Part shown: one piece after another, positions 1 through 12,374 of the stretch
Position numbering within the stretch: the stretch's first letter is position 1
Layout: every line of letters starts with the position of its first letter
Assembly (NCBI GenBank): GCA_964016885.1
Contig: OZ024749.1
Span: forward strand, 40,734,001 to 40,798,000
DNA: 64,000 nt
Source of the DNA: Eledone cirrhosa
Lineage: Eukaryota
Reading direction: 5' to 3'
Position numbers and translations under genes: made by a program
Notes under the pieces: model-generated
What the model was told of the DNA's origin: nothing
Database searches by the model: none
Seen by the model: the letters and a program-made list of their open reading frames with translations, nothing else

Positions 1-124
1 CCCCGACGGCAGAGCTCAAGCCGTTTCGACGGCTATTTCTGGACTAATGTAGCTCGATACAGAATAAAAACATAAATACATGTAAAGTTTACATTGTAAA
101 CGAAACTTCATCGTTATCTATGTA

Positions 125-240
<116 letters not shown>

Positions 241-309
241 TATGAAGAGAGAAGAAACATTTAGATATAATTAGTAATAAAATGTATCATACCTAAACTG
301 CTCCTAAAT

Positions 310-399
310 TCCTCGACTACGTAGTTTCGTGGCATAAACAAAAACAATATATCATAAAGATATAGAGTCCCTGCGAGGTCTGCCGACTTATCAAGAGGA
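310..399 (-). ncRNA. Type I hammerhead ribozyme motif with U3-A8 core variant
   Basis: Minus strand: stem I UCCUC/GAGGA; core UUGAUAA; stem II GU(C)GGCA/UGCCAC; GAAA; palindromic stem III CUACGUAG; GUC cleavage triplet. Confidence 0.7.
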
Positions 400-692
400 T
401 ACCTCATTTTACTAGTCTCAAGAACGCGTCTACACGACGTGAGAAAGAATCCCAAAAGGCGGAGGGGGAGATAGTCACGCGATATAACGGTCGAGAAACA
501 GAGCTAAGCCTCTTATAACCACGAAGAAAATACCACGGAGGCGGAGGGGGTATTCATATCGAGGCCGCAGAAGATATGATTCCAGTTCCTCGGAGGAATA
601 ACAACACACCCAGGAGCTGGACATATCGATGTATGGACGGAGTAAAACACACTTGAACAACATGTGTACCTGTCTTTCCAACACCAATTCGG

Positions 693-747
693 ACTGCCTG
701 AAGAGGTCACAGCCAATGATGGCTGTCACCGAAATATACATAGCAGT
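693..747 (+). ncRNA. Minimal type I hammerhead ribozyme motif
   Basis: ACUGC-CUGAAGA-GGUCACAGCCA AUGA UGGCUGUCACC-GAAA-UAUACA-UA-GCAGU; 5-bp stem I, 10-bp stem II with one C.C mismatch, very short stem III, AATAAA downstream. Confidence 0.8.
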
Positions 748-1110
748 AATTTTTAATTTATAATAAACGAAGCCAAATTTTACATATTTGACTTAATTAT
801 TTTACATTACTCCGGAGTAAACAAACCAACCTGCGTACTTCGTCGAGTGCTCCAATCTGCATACTGAGGTGTCGGTAAACAACCAACATATACTAAAAAA
901 ATATATATATATATATATATATATATTGGTGGTGGTGGTGGTGGTGGTGGTAGTGGTGGTGGTGGTACTAGAGGGTGTATTTGAAGGACAGCGACCTTTC
1001 ACAAAGCAGCCATCACAGCAAACATTTGTCAAGTGGCCTTGTTATGTGATTAGAGGGAGAGAAGACACGCAAGAATAGGGAAATATTTACTCTCTCTCTC
1101 TCTCTTTCTT

Positions 1111-1141
<31 letters not shown>

Positions 1142-2454
1142 CTCTCTCTCTTTCTCTCTCCATCACTTACTCACTCACTCCCTCTCTCCCTCTCTCATAA
1201 TCTTTTGTGTGTGTATTTGTGCATGTGTAAGTACAACGTATATGCGAATAGATGTTTTAGTGTGTCCGTATGTACGAGTGTATTACACATGAGTGTGTTG
1301 GCGCGCGCGTGCATGTGTCATTGAATGTGTGTCCATGTGAATGTGCGCGTATATATGAGTGTGTATGTGTGTGCATATATGTGTGTGTATGTGTGTGCAT
1401 ATATGTGTGTGTATGTGTGTGCATATATGTGTGTGTATGTGTGTATATACTTATATCTAACACTCACTATATACTCAACGAATACCTCTAGCTAAGTCCA
1501 CTCAGTTGTAAGTATTTCGTGTCAGGGACAAGAAAAACAGTCATTTATATTAATAATTAATCAGCAAATAATGTGAGATAACTTAGGGATCGTTTCTATC
1601 TTATTAGATCCCATCAGCGAAGCATTTACTTCATCACACGTGCCGAACCAGTAATGAGAAAAATCACAAGGTAAATTTAAAATGTGCTCTTTTTAGATAA
1701 TAGTGGCTACAGTTGTTTCCCTTGATATATTCTAGTTGTCTCCCTTATGCTGATTATCTCCCTTGATTAGAGTTGTTGTTTTTTTTTTATATGTTTGTTC
1801 CTTAATTAAGTATTTGACTAAATTTAATCGACTAACAGCCTTCACGGCTTTGCAGTCAATGTTAAAATTCACACTTTTCCTATATATGTATTTCTAATGA
1901 ACGGTCGGGCAGACAGACGAACAGATGGACTAGCAGCTAATCCGACAGACGTGCGGACGGGCGGATAAGAACAAAGACGATGATGGCGACAACAACAACA
2001 CCAACAAGAGCGACAGCAACAACAATACTTAAGAACAGAAATAATAGCAGTGCCACAGTACCAATGACAACAACAACAACTGTAACAATAACAAGATTAA
2101 CAACAACAATGACAACAACAATAGCTTCTTATTGCGACTGTTTATGACACATCATGTCACATGTACGTCTGCTGTGCACCAACTCTCCACCCGCTATCCA
2201 CCCTACACCCCCCACCCCCGCTCCCCCCGATATCCCACCCCAGACCCCCACTCTACCCCATCCTCTCTTCACCCGCATCGTATCAAAACATACAAAATTT
2301 GACCGCCAAATAAATGGCCTGAATATTGATTTTCAAAACGAAATATTTTGTGTGTGAAAATCGATTCAGCACTTTATTGTTCTAGTTTACGTATTGCGGG
2401 ACTGTTGTAGTAAGGGGGGGGGGGGTGATGGGGGGGGGGTAATAAGGAGAGGGG

Positions 2455-2870
2455 AGTTGTTGGTAGTGGTGGTGGTGTTGGTGATGGTGTTGGTAGTGGT
2501 GATGGTGATGGTGGTGATGGTGTTGGTGGTGGTGATGGTGGTGGTGGTGATGTAATAAGGAGAGGGGAGTTGTTGTTGGTGGTGGTGTCGGTGATGGTGT
2601 TGGTAGTGGTGATGGTGATGGTGGTGATGGTGTTGGTAGTGGTGATGGTGATGGTGGTGATGGTGTTGGTGGTGGTGATGGTGTTGGTGGTGATGGTGTT
2701 GGTAGTGGTGATGGTGATGTTGGTGATGGTGTTGGTAGTGGTGATGATGGTGGTGGTGATGATGAGGATGATGATGGTGATAGTGGTAGTAGTGGTCGTG
2801 GTGATGATGGTGATGATGATGATGATGATAGTGGTAGTAGTGGTGATGATGGCGATGATGATGATGATGC
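2455..2870. repeat. (GGT/GAT)n compound trinucleotide repeat
   Basis: Direct reading; source of the poly-His/Thr/Val ORFs. Confidence 0.95.
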
Positions 2871-3084
2871 AAAGATGGACAGAGACGGTAAAAAAGCTGT
2901 GTATCATAATTGGAAAGGAAAGGGAAAGAAGTGTTTCATTTGACCAGCGGCAAATTGGGCTCCCTGAGGTCATTGAGGTCATTTGGGGACAACAATAAAT
3001 TACTGACAAGGTTCAAACAGTGCGACGAACAATATGACACCAGGAAATATAGGACAAATATATAGAGAATTCAACAAATTTTGC

Positions 3085-3117
<33 letters not shown>

Positions 3118-3305
3118 TGTATGTATGTATGCATATATGTATGTATGTCTGTATGTATGTATGCATGTATGTATGCGTATATGTATGTATGTCTGTATGT
3201 CTGTCTGTATGTATGTATGTCTGTATGTATGTGTGTATGCATGTATGTATGTATATATGTATGCATGTATGTCTGTATGTCTGTATGTATGTATGTATGT
3301 ATGTA
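3085..3305. repeat. (ATGT)n tetranucleotide repeat
   Basis: Direct reading. Confidence 0.95.
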
Positions 3306-3788
3306 TTTTTACGTAACAATGATATAAACGTATGTATGTATATTTACATAACAATTATATATACATATGTATAACAATTTTATACAACTTTGTGTAGGCT
3401 ACCTTTGGGTTTCATACCGGAATAGATCGCTTTATTTGTGATAATACATTTCTATATCTGTTTGGCATTACTCATGCCGTAATGTTTACAAATGGCTGAT
3501 CATTAGATTGTATTTTTCACACACACACACACACACACAAATACACACTGTCTTTCTACCTCTCTCACACACACACACACACACAGACACACGCACACAC
3601 TGTCTTTCTACCTCTCTCTCTCTCACACACGCACCCACACACACACATACAGACAGACAGATACACACACACACACACAAACACACAAACAAACTCTCTC
3701 ACATACACACACATGAACTTTATTTCCCTCACACACTCTCACTCTTTCTGTCTATTCCCCACTCACTCTCACACCAACCTGCTCTACA

Positions 3789-3889
<101 letters not shown>

Positions 3890-4208
3890 AATATCTTCTT
3901 TCTTCCGTATACAAATTAATACGTCTCTCGAATTATTTTCCTGTCCTTGAGTCAATTAGCTGAATATTTCCATATTGTAATTGTTTTCTATAAGTAACAT
4001 TTCAATATAATTCACGTCTGAGTTAGTTAAATGTCTTCTTATTGTTTATTAAGCTGCTGTCTGTGCCATCACTTGGAGCGGTAGAAATTACCTGTCAAAT
4101 GAGATGATATTAAAGCGTAGGCTGAGATGTCTGACGCTATTTCTTCAGTCTCTCTCAGTTCTGACTTTAAATGGCAACGACGTCCATTTTGCATTTCACA
4201 TATCGTTA

Positions 4209-4730
4209 GAGCCTACATTTTACACCAGTCCTGGGCCCATTACCAGCTTTCGTTTTACATCTGGTCAGGACCTATTACTAGGAGCCTATATTTTACATCT
4301 AGTCAGGACCTATTGCAAGGAGCCTACATTTTGCATCTGGTCTGGACCTATTGCTAGGGGACTACAATTTACATCTGGTCAGGGCCTATTAATAGGAACC
4401 TACATTTTATATCTGGTCAGGACCTATTAATAGGAACCTACATTTTACATCTGGTTAGGATCTATTGCTAAAAGCCTACATTTTACATCTGGTCAGGATC
4501 TATTGCTAGGAGCCTACATTTTATATCTAGTCAGGGCCTATTGCTAGGAGCCTACATTTTACATCTGGTCAGAGCCTATTGCTAGGAGCCTACATTTTAC
4601 ATCTGGTCAGGGCCTATAAATAGCTTTGGGGCGGGGTGGAGGGCTACTTTTCACATCTGGCCAGGGCCAATTACTAGCTACAGGAGTGGAGGGAAGGCTA
4701 CATTTTACATATGGACTAGGCCTATTACCA
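4209..4730. repeat. 38-bp minisatellite (~13 copies), unit GAGCCTACATTTTACATCTGGTCAGGACCTATTGCTAG
   Basis: TATTGCTAGG recurs at 4501, 4539 and 4577 (period 38); no unique spacers. Confidence 0.9.
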
Positions 4731-4861
4731 ACTCTGATGGTCTGCTAGTCTGGGCTAGTTACCAGCTTTACATAGACTGCATATCATCCTGGGTAACAGA
4801 TATATCCACACACTCACACATACATGCATACACACACACACATATATATGTGCGTGTAAAT

Positions 4862-4957
<96 letters not shown>

Positions 4958-5000
4958 GAAAAGTATAGAAATTCTTGTAGCAAGAAGCCAACAGTATTCC

Positions 5001-5067
<67 letters not shown>

Positions 5068-5111
5068 ATAAACAACATACAAGGCCAAATCAAGCAGATA
5101 CACACACACAC

Positions 5112-5148
<37 letters not shown>

Positions 5149-5273
5149 CCCCCTCTCGCTTTTAAAGATATACACAATACTCAAATGACAACAAAACAAC
5201 ACAGTAACACAATAAACTGCCGCATCATACACATGACACATATGTGTGTGTGTGTGTCTATGTATGTATTTAC

Positions 5274-5313
<40 letters not shown>

Positions 5314-5469
5314 TTGTATATGTATGTATTTATAAAGATGTAGATATATATATGTGTGTGTGTGCGCGCGTGTGCGCGCATGTTTGTATATGTATGTATT
5401 TATAAAGATATATATATGTGTGTGTGTTGTATATGTATGTATTTATAAACATGTGTGTATGTGTGAGTC

Positions 5470-5835
5470 CCGGTTTCAATCGGAGGTAACCACAGTTAGT
5501 AAAGTACTCAATACATTAGTAGAGTGTAAATATCATGTTCAACATAGAAATGGCTTCTGTGTATGGATACATTAGTGTGAATATGAGCCGTGTCTTTTAT
5601 CTGTGTCCTTGTATTATTGTGTGTATATATATATCTAAAAATAGTTTATTTCAAAGAATCCCTGTTCTTTAAAATCCCTTGGCCAATGACCCCCACACAT
5701 CCCCAAAATCACCACCTTTCCCAACCACCAGAAAACATATAAATACAACAGTTTTACAAGGACAGTCAGCTTTCCTGGTGATTTCTTTTGAATGAAACAG
5801 TTCTAGACCTGTAGAAGCCATTTCTATATTAAACA
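5470..5835. mobile_element. Non-autonomous element with inverted-repeat segments
   Basis: ATAGAAATGGCTTC (~5544) versus GAAGCCATTTCTAT (~5814); related pieces at ~6260, 12375-12525 and 60767-60845. Confidence 0.5.
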
Positions 5836-5897
5836 TTATATATATATATATAGTGACGAAACATAAGTCAATTGCATGAACTCATAATCCTTTATTT

Positions 5898-5953
5898 ACT
5901 GCTATATATATTTCGATGATAGCCATTGAATGGCTATGACCTCATCAGGCAGT
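5898..5953 (-). ncRNA. Minimal type I hammerhead ribozyme motif, same family as 693-747
   Basis: Minus strand: ACUGC-CUGAUGA-GGUCAUAGCCA UUCAA UGGCUAUCAUC-GAAA-UAUAUA-UA-GCAGU followed by AAAUAAA. Confidence 0.8.
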
Positions 5954-6131
5954 TAGTCAGTTCTTAGATATGCCAACTCTGTGTTTATGGTGTTGATGGT
6001 ATCAGAGTCTTGGGTTCATATGTGTGTGTATATATATATATATATACATACATACACACACACACGGGTTGTCCCCAAAAATGTATACATACTTTGATTA
6101 GAATGTTGTTGAAGTGTGTATACATGTTTGG

Positions 6132-6205
<74 letters not shown>

Positions 6206-6482
6206 GTGTGTGTATGAATGCATGTATGTATGTATGTATGTGTCTATCCATAAGGGGATAAGAAAGGCACCACAGTTAAATAAAGTAGTCAATATATTAG
6301 TAGAGTAGAAGTCATATATATATATGTGTGTGTGTGTGTCCTTGGGAAAGGCATGAAAGTCACAACAACTCCCACCCCACCGTAGTCTGAAATCAATAGA
6401 AGTAAATAACTGACAGTTTGTAGCTGGGGTCAGGAAACCTCTAGCAATTTTATTTATCAAAATATCAATATATTTATACACT

Positions 6483-6562
<80 letters not shown>

Positions 6563-6717
6563 CATAGATCAATAGATAGATAGATAGCCATAGATCAATA
6601 GATAGATAGATAGATAGATATTGATCGATAGATTGATATATATATATATAAATTGAGAGAGAGGGAGGATATATATATATATACACACACCCATCCTCCC
6701 CTCTCAATATCCATTCA

Positions 6718-6750
<33 letters not shown>

Positions 6751-6805
6751 TATAGAGAGAGAGGAAACTAGAGAGAGAAAGTGAGAGAAGTGGAAGGAAG
6801 GATGT

Positions 6806-6906
<101 letters not shown>

Positions 6907-7067
6907 GGATGGATGGACAGGTGAACAGACAGACAAATAGATGGATAGACAGGCAGACAGACAAACAGACAGACAGACAGACAATTAAACAGAGGTGGAG
7001 AGAAAGAGAGAGTGTGTCATAGATTACTATTTGCCTGAGAGAAGAATATAAACAAAACTATACTGAC

Positions 7068-7325
7068 CGTGTTTCCTTGTGTTATGTAAATATACTGACG
7101 TATATGGAGAAATAGTTCCAGTTTTCCAAACCAAGGTCAATCGTTCTTTCAGTGCAGCTAGAAGGGACAAAACTCCTCCAATTCCAGCCTCTTTTATATT
7201 CCAGAAACTGGGACATTTTTTTGGCAATTCTTAGAAAATCCTTAATTCTTTTCTTCTTCTTCTTTAAATCTATAAATCTATCGTCTGCCAGCCATTGTTT
7301 AGCAGACGATCTCATCAAAAACTTA
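7068..7325 (-). promoter_or_regulatory. Candidate minus-strand TATA promoter and non-coding first exon, with an upstream palindromic motif
   Basis: Unique island between microsatellites; TATAAAAG at 7198-7191; donor-like ACG|GTCAGT at 7068/7067; inverted ATCGTCTGC...GCAGACGAT at 7280-7310. Confidence 0.35.
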
Positions 7326-7335
7326 CGTAAGCTCC

Positions 7336-7366
<31 letters not shown>

Positions 7367-7426
7367 TTTCTAACTGACCTCTACTTACTTACTCTCTCTC
7401 TCTTTCTCCCCGCCCTCTCTCTCTCC

Positions 7427-7481
<55 letters not shown>

Positions 7482-7623
7482 ATGATTGATTGGTCCTTCT
7501 CTTCTTTCTCCTCTCATTGTCACGCCATCTCTCTCACTCTCACACACACACATACACACACACACTCATTCTCACTGACCTCTACTCACTCTCTCTTTCT
7601 CTGTGTCTTTTATTCCCTCACCC

Positions 7624-7663
<40 letters not shown>

Positions 7664-7740
7664 ACCGCTCTGTTTCTCACTGACCTCTACTCTCACTTTC
7701 TCTGTTTCTCACTGACCTCTACTCTAACTTTCTCTGTCTG

Positions 7741-7806
<66 letters not shown>

Positions 7807-8382
7807 ACACACAGTCGCTATCTTCTCCATTGACCTCTACTTTCTTACGACTACTACGACCACCTTATACTTCTAACCCTTCTATTAATTTCTCCATCAA
7901 TTTCGTTACATCTTTCTTTAACATTGTCTTTCTCTACCTCTCACTCTCCCCCTCTCTCTCCCTTTCTATTTCTCTATCTATCTATCTATCTCGTCCCACT
8001 CAATCATGATGGTCTGTCTGATTGAGCCCCACAGGCTCTGTGTCTCTCCTCCCCTTCTCTCATAACTCTGTCACACTGTAACCAACACTCTCCCTCCTCT
8101 TACGTCTAACCCAGCTGAAATCTAGCGTCTGCCAAGACAAGCAGACGATTCTGAAACTTAAACAGATATCAACATAGACTTACATGTGTGCGTGTCTGTG
8201 CATGTGAGAAGAGTGATGCATGTGTGTGAGTAGTGATGTGTCTGTGTGTATATTTGTAAACTCAATTTAGAGTGTATACATATATATATATATATATATA
8301 TCCTGATGTGTGTGTATGTATTAACTGTGTATAGTGAGTTCACATATAAATACTCACGTATGTCTATGAGCATACGTTTCTA

Positions 8383-8446
<64 letters not shown>

Positions 8447-8569
8447 TGATTATAAAAATAAATTGTGGTTAAAAATCAAAACGAATTTCCATGATACATA
8501 TTTTGTATGTGTGTATATATGTGTGGGACAGAGGGATAGCTTGTGTATGCGTGACTGCGGTTTTATACA

Positions 8570-8654
<85 letters not shown>

Positions 8655-8809
8655 ACAATCTCATGTTCTTCATTCAACCTTGGGTTCCTCTGCCGCTTGA
8701 CGGGTTTTGTGTTTCATCCTGCAGGGGTATATATGTGTGTGTATGTGTCAGGGTAAAGTTTTCATTCGACCACTTTATCAACACAGCAACCCTTTATTTA
8801 AAATGGTTA

Positions 8810-9030
8810 AAGTCTGTCTCGAGCCCTAAGGCTCATCAGGCCGGTGCTTATCCCCGTTTTTGTGACATTAAGCGACAGAGAGTACATGATATCCCCCCTG
8901 GACAGGACGCCAGTCCGTCGCAGGGTTAAAGCCCCAGCTACTGCTGGTACACACTCATCTCAGTCTAGGAATCAAACCCATGACATTTATCATCGTACGT
9001 TCAACACGCTTACCACGAGGCTATGCACCT
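8810..9030 (-). mobile_element. tRNA-derived SINE, V/Meta-domain-like family
   Basis: Minus strand CCCTGCGACGGACTGGCGTCCTGTCCAGGGGG central domain; second copy at 10125-10370. Confidence 0.65.
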
Positions 9031-9367
9031 TCATAACCCTCTTTCTAACCGCAATAATTGGATAGTCCATTGGTTCTCAGAGACCCAAGCCACATTCCTC
9101 CCCATGTAATTTCACCTCTCCACAATTCCTGCCCCCTTTTTTTTAAATTGCCCTCATGTCATTTTTCACTCAAGCACAATATTAACATGAGCAAACTTTG
9201 AAAACGTCAAGAACTGTAAACTCGCATGCAAGATTAAGTCTAAAGCAGTATTTTCGTTATAGACATCACATCACCCAGTCTGTCTTCCTCTAATCTCCCT
9301 TCTTACCTTGTCTACGTCACAGTGTCACTCTTCTTTGCCTGCACGTTGGACTAAAGTCCTTATTATT

Positions 9368-9555
9368 GGATTGGCAGTATCGGTAGAGGGTCGGACGCCA
9401 TGCTTTGCAGCAAAGAGTTACGGCCCTTTATGGTCTGAGTTCAAATCCCACCGAGGTAAACTTTGCCTTTCATCATTACGGGGTCGATAAAATAAAGTAC
9501 CAGCAATACACTGGGATAATTAGTGGCCTTGTGCCAAACGTAGAAACAATTATTT
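9368..9555 (+). mobile_element. tRNA-derived SINE with Deu/Nin-like core
   Basis: A/B-box head (GGCAGTATCGG...GAGTTCAAATCC), core GCCTTTCATC...GGGGTCGATAAAATAAAGTACCAG, ATT tail; many copies in the window. Confidence 0.8.
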
Positions 9556-10124
9556 TTTCTCCTTTGGCTAAGCCCTCATGCACCGTTTCCTCCCTTCTTT
9601 GGCACTTGAGATACTTTTTTTCTAGATTTGTGTAATTCACCTAAAGGCATAACTTGTTTTGTTATGTCTCAATACACACCGCAATGAATGGTATCAACCT
9701 TAATGCACTGAAACCATAATGATTTCCAGAGATTGACAGAGGAGATAGAATTGTCTGTCTTTCCGTTATTTTTCCATTGTCTTTGTCCTGTGCCCCCTAT
9801 TTTGAATATATATATAGATAGATAAATAGATATATACACAATGTACACTATAGTTGGGTATATTGGTGTCTCATTTGATACAATATTCTCTCCCAGTTTG
9901 TATTCCTTTGTTACAATATTCTCTCCCAGTTTGTATTCCTGTCCACACAAACAAATTCTCTCAATTCTTCCCCTGGAAGTGCCTCCTCCTTGAGAATCAC
10001 TGCTATATAGGCACAACAGTAGGAATTGTCAGAAAGGTAGTCAAAACTGTTATACATACACACACGCACATTGTGTGCCACGTCTCACATTCATTTGAAC
10101 TTAGTCTAAAAAATTAAAAAATTT

Positions 10125-10370
10125 AAGTGTCTCCAGAGGCTCATTAGGCCGCTGCTTATCCAGATTTCCTTGGCATTAAGCGACAGAGAGTACATGACTT
10201 CTCCCTGGGAAAAACGCCGGTCCATTGCAGGGTTAAACTCCCAACTATTGCTGGTACTCATTCTTAGCTAAGTATACTGGAGCAACGTGAAATGAAGTAT
10301 TTTGCTCAAGAACATAACCCACCACATTATTATCGTAAGTCCAACATCCTAACCACTAGACCAAGCGCCT
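10125..10370 (-). mobile_element. SINE, same family as 8810-9030
   Basis: Colinear similarity to 8810-9030. Confidence 0.65.
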
Positions 10371-10404
10371 GTATGAACTTATGGGGAGCAGTTTAAGTGT
10401 TGTG

Positions 10405-10640
10405 TGGAGATGCATGGCTTGAAATGTCATGGGTTCGATTCTCGACGGTGTGTTGTGTTGTTGAGCAAGACACTTCATTTCACATTACTCTCGTCCACTC
10501 AAAATGATTTGTACCTGTAATTCGAAGAGCTAACCTTTTCATATATTGTGTCACGCTAAATCCTTAGAATATTACGTTAAGAGTATTATGTGGAATGCTC
10601 AGCCACTTGCACGTTAATATCAGGCTGTTCCGTTCCGTTG
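10405..10640 (+). mobile_element. tRNA-derived SINE (third family)
   Basis: GGTTCGATTC B-box, TTGAGCAAGACACTT and GCTCAGCCACTTGCACGTTAAT motifs; copies at 18030-18335, 19635-19955 and ~57225. Confidence 0.7.
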
Positions 10641-11765
10641 TAAAAGGCACATTTTTTTTTATCCCCAAATTTCTTCAAAATACGTGTGCGTCTTATACTC
10701 CGAAAAGCAAAGAGACGATGGTGTCATTTAAAATGCATATATAATAGGTTTTTTAAAATTAGCAAGGGATATAACTCTGTTTCGATAAACAAAAGTTGTT
10801 TTACTTACATTTTTATAGAGTAGTCTCCCTTGTAAACAGACCCCCCACCCCCACCCCCACCCATAAATGATCATGGGATTTACACCTAGAAAGTTCCAGT
10901 CCGATGTTGTTTGTAGAAAACCAGCCGCCCCTCTCCATGTTACCGATTTTGTCCAAGTGAAAGACAATGGCCATACCACTTGGCACCGGTGACGTCGCAA
11001 CTCATTTATACAGTTGAATAAACTGTAGCAAGGCGAAATAAAGTATCTTGCTCAAGGACACACGCAAACAGGTACAGACCCACAGAGGCTGAACACTTAC
11101 ACACGCGAACAGGTACAGACCCACAGAGGCATGTATACAAAATAGTAGTAAATCTTCGCCTTATAAAGTAAAAGATTTAATTTTCAAGTAAGTTATGATC
11201 GTGAACCCAACACCCTATAACTACCACGCTACGTGCTTTCATCACTTCAATTCACTTTCATTTTATATACCTAAAGCGAAACATTCCATTCACATACAAG
11301 GACACAGGTACGGATACACAGACACACACGTTTGCTGTGGTGGCATTTTTAAATGTTTCAATGACATGTGGAATTTGTTATGAATTGAGTAAGCAGCTAC
11401 TGATATAAGATGACGTAATCGATTTATTGATCAGTGTGTGAACGTAACCACCTTTTACCATTATTGAACGCACTATTGATCAGATTGGCTACTAAAATTC
11501 CATTAGTCTACATTTCCAAACAACCCCAAGTTGCTACTAAACCACAGCACTAGTGCTTTCCAATATAGCAAACTAAGCATACCCTTATCGATTGCAGAGT
11601 GTTGTTGTTTAGCCCATGGTCAATCCTGATCCAAGCTTGCCAAATTGATTTCATAAAATTTTCAAAAATCTAGCTGATTTTATTAGAAATTAGGTCGTAA
11701 GGAAAATTCTCCTAATAAATATATATATGAGTTGCCTGTTAACCTAATACAATATTTCAAACAAA

Positions 11766-11798
<33 letters not shown>

Positions 11799-11838
11799 CA
11801 CTGGACTTTCCTGATTTCATTATATATATATATATATA

Positions 11839-12374
11839 CTGTATAAAAGAAGTGCAGGGTGATAAAAATAGACGGTAGCCACGGAGTAGGCAGACCCAGA
11901 AAAACCTGGACGACTTGATAAATTCCAACCACACACTTACACCTCTCCAAGACAATGTCACTGGACCGAGATCTTTGGCGCTACACAGTAATACAGAAGA
12001 CCCGCCTTGCCTAAGTACAAAGCAAAACCTACAGTCAGTAGGCACCTCTAACAAAAATACACCTCTGTCCCACTACCCCCTTCAATGTGAAGTTATGTTG
12101 GTACCACAACATCCAGTCCGAAGCAAATGAGGTCATGTAGGTCACGACAAAAAAAACACACAGTCCACGCTGTAATATGGCCGTGTAGGTAACACGGTAA
12201 AAACCTCCCAGTCCACACTGTAAATGTGGTTGGTGTTAGGAAGGGCATCCAGCCGTGGAAAACCCGCCAGACAGTCCTATACGAGCAGGACAGCCAATCT
12301 TGCCTCAAGTGGGAAAACTCCCATCCAAACCCATGCGTGGAAGATGGACATTAAACGATGATTATGATGATGAT
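11839..12374 (+). mobile_element. 5'-truncated RTE-clade LINE fragment (3' end, long-UTR family)
   Basis: Encodes decayed GRPRKTW; colinear with 15398-15987; (GAT)n tail; ACTGGACTTTCCT...GATTTCAT duplicated on both sides. Confidence 0.8.

Larger units (their letters stand above)
261..900. mobile_element. Penelope-like-element (pLTR)-type remnant(s) between (TA)n tracts, carrying two divergent hammerhead motifs
   Basis: CpG-richer island flanked by (TA)n at 121-238 and 900-926; contains hammerhead folds at 310-399 (-) and 693-747 (+); no recognisable protein in its ORFs. Confidence 0.5.

Noticed and set aside
12-56. AGCCGT-TTCG-ACGGCT hairpin within GAGCT/AGCTC as another ribozyme
   Set aside because: No CUGANGA-type core on either strand, and truncated by the window edge
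2374-3009. Poly-His/Thr/Val ORFs
   Set aside because: Translations of a trinucleotide repeat; no splice or homology support
4209-4730. CRISPR-like periodicity
   Set aside because: Contiguous 38-bp units with no unique spacers, eukaryotic context and no cas genes
8815-8845. Minus-strand CUGAUGAGCC...GGCUCGAGA as a hammerhead
   Set aside because: GAGA instead of GAAA, wrong register and no stems I/III; better explained as the SINE 3' stem-loop
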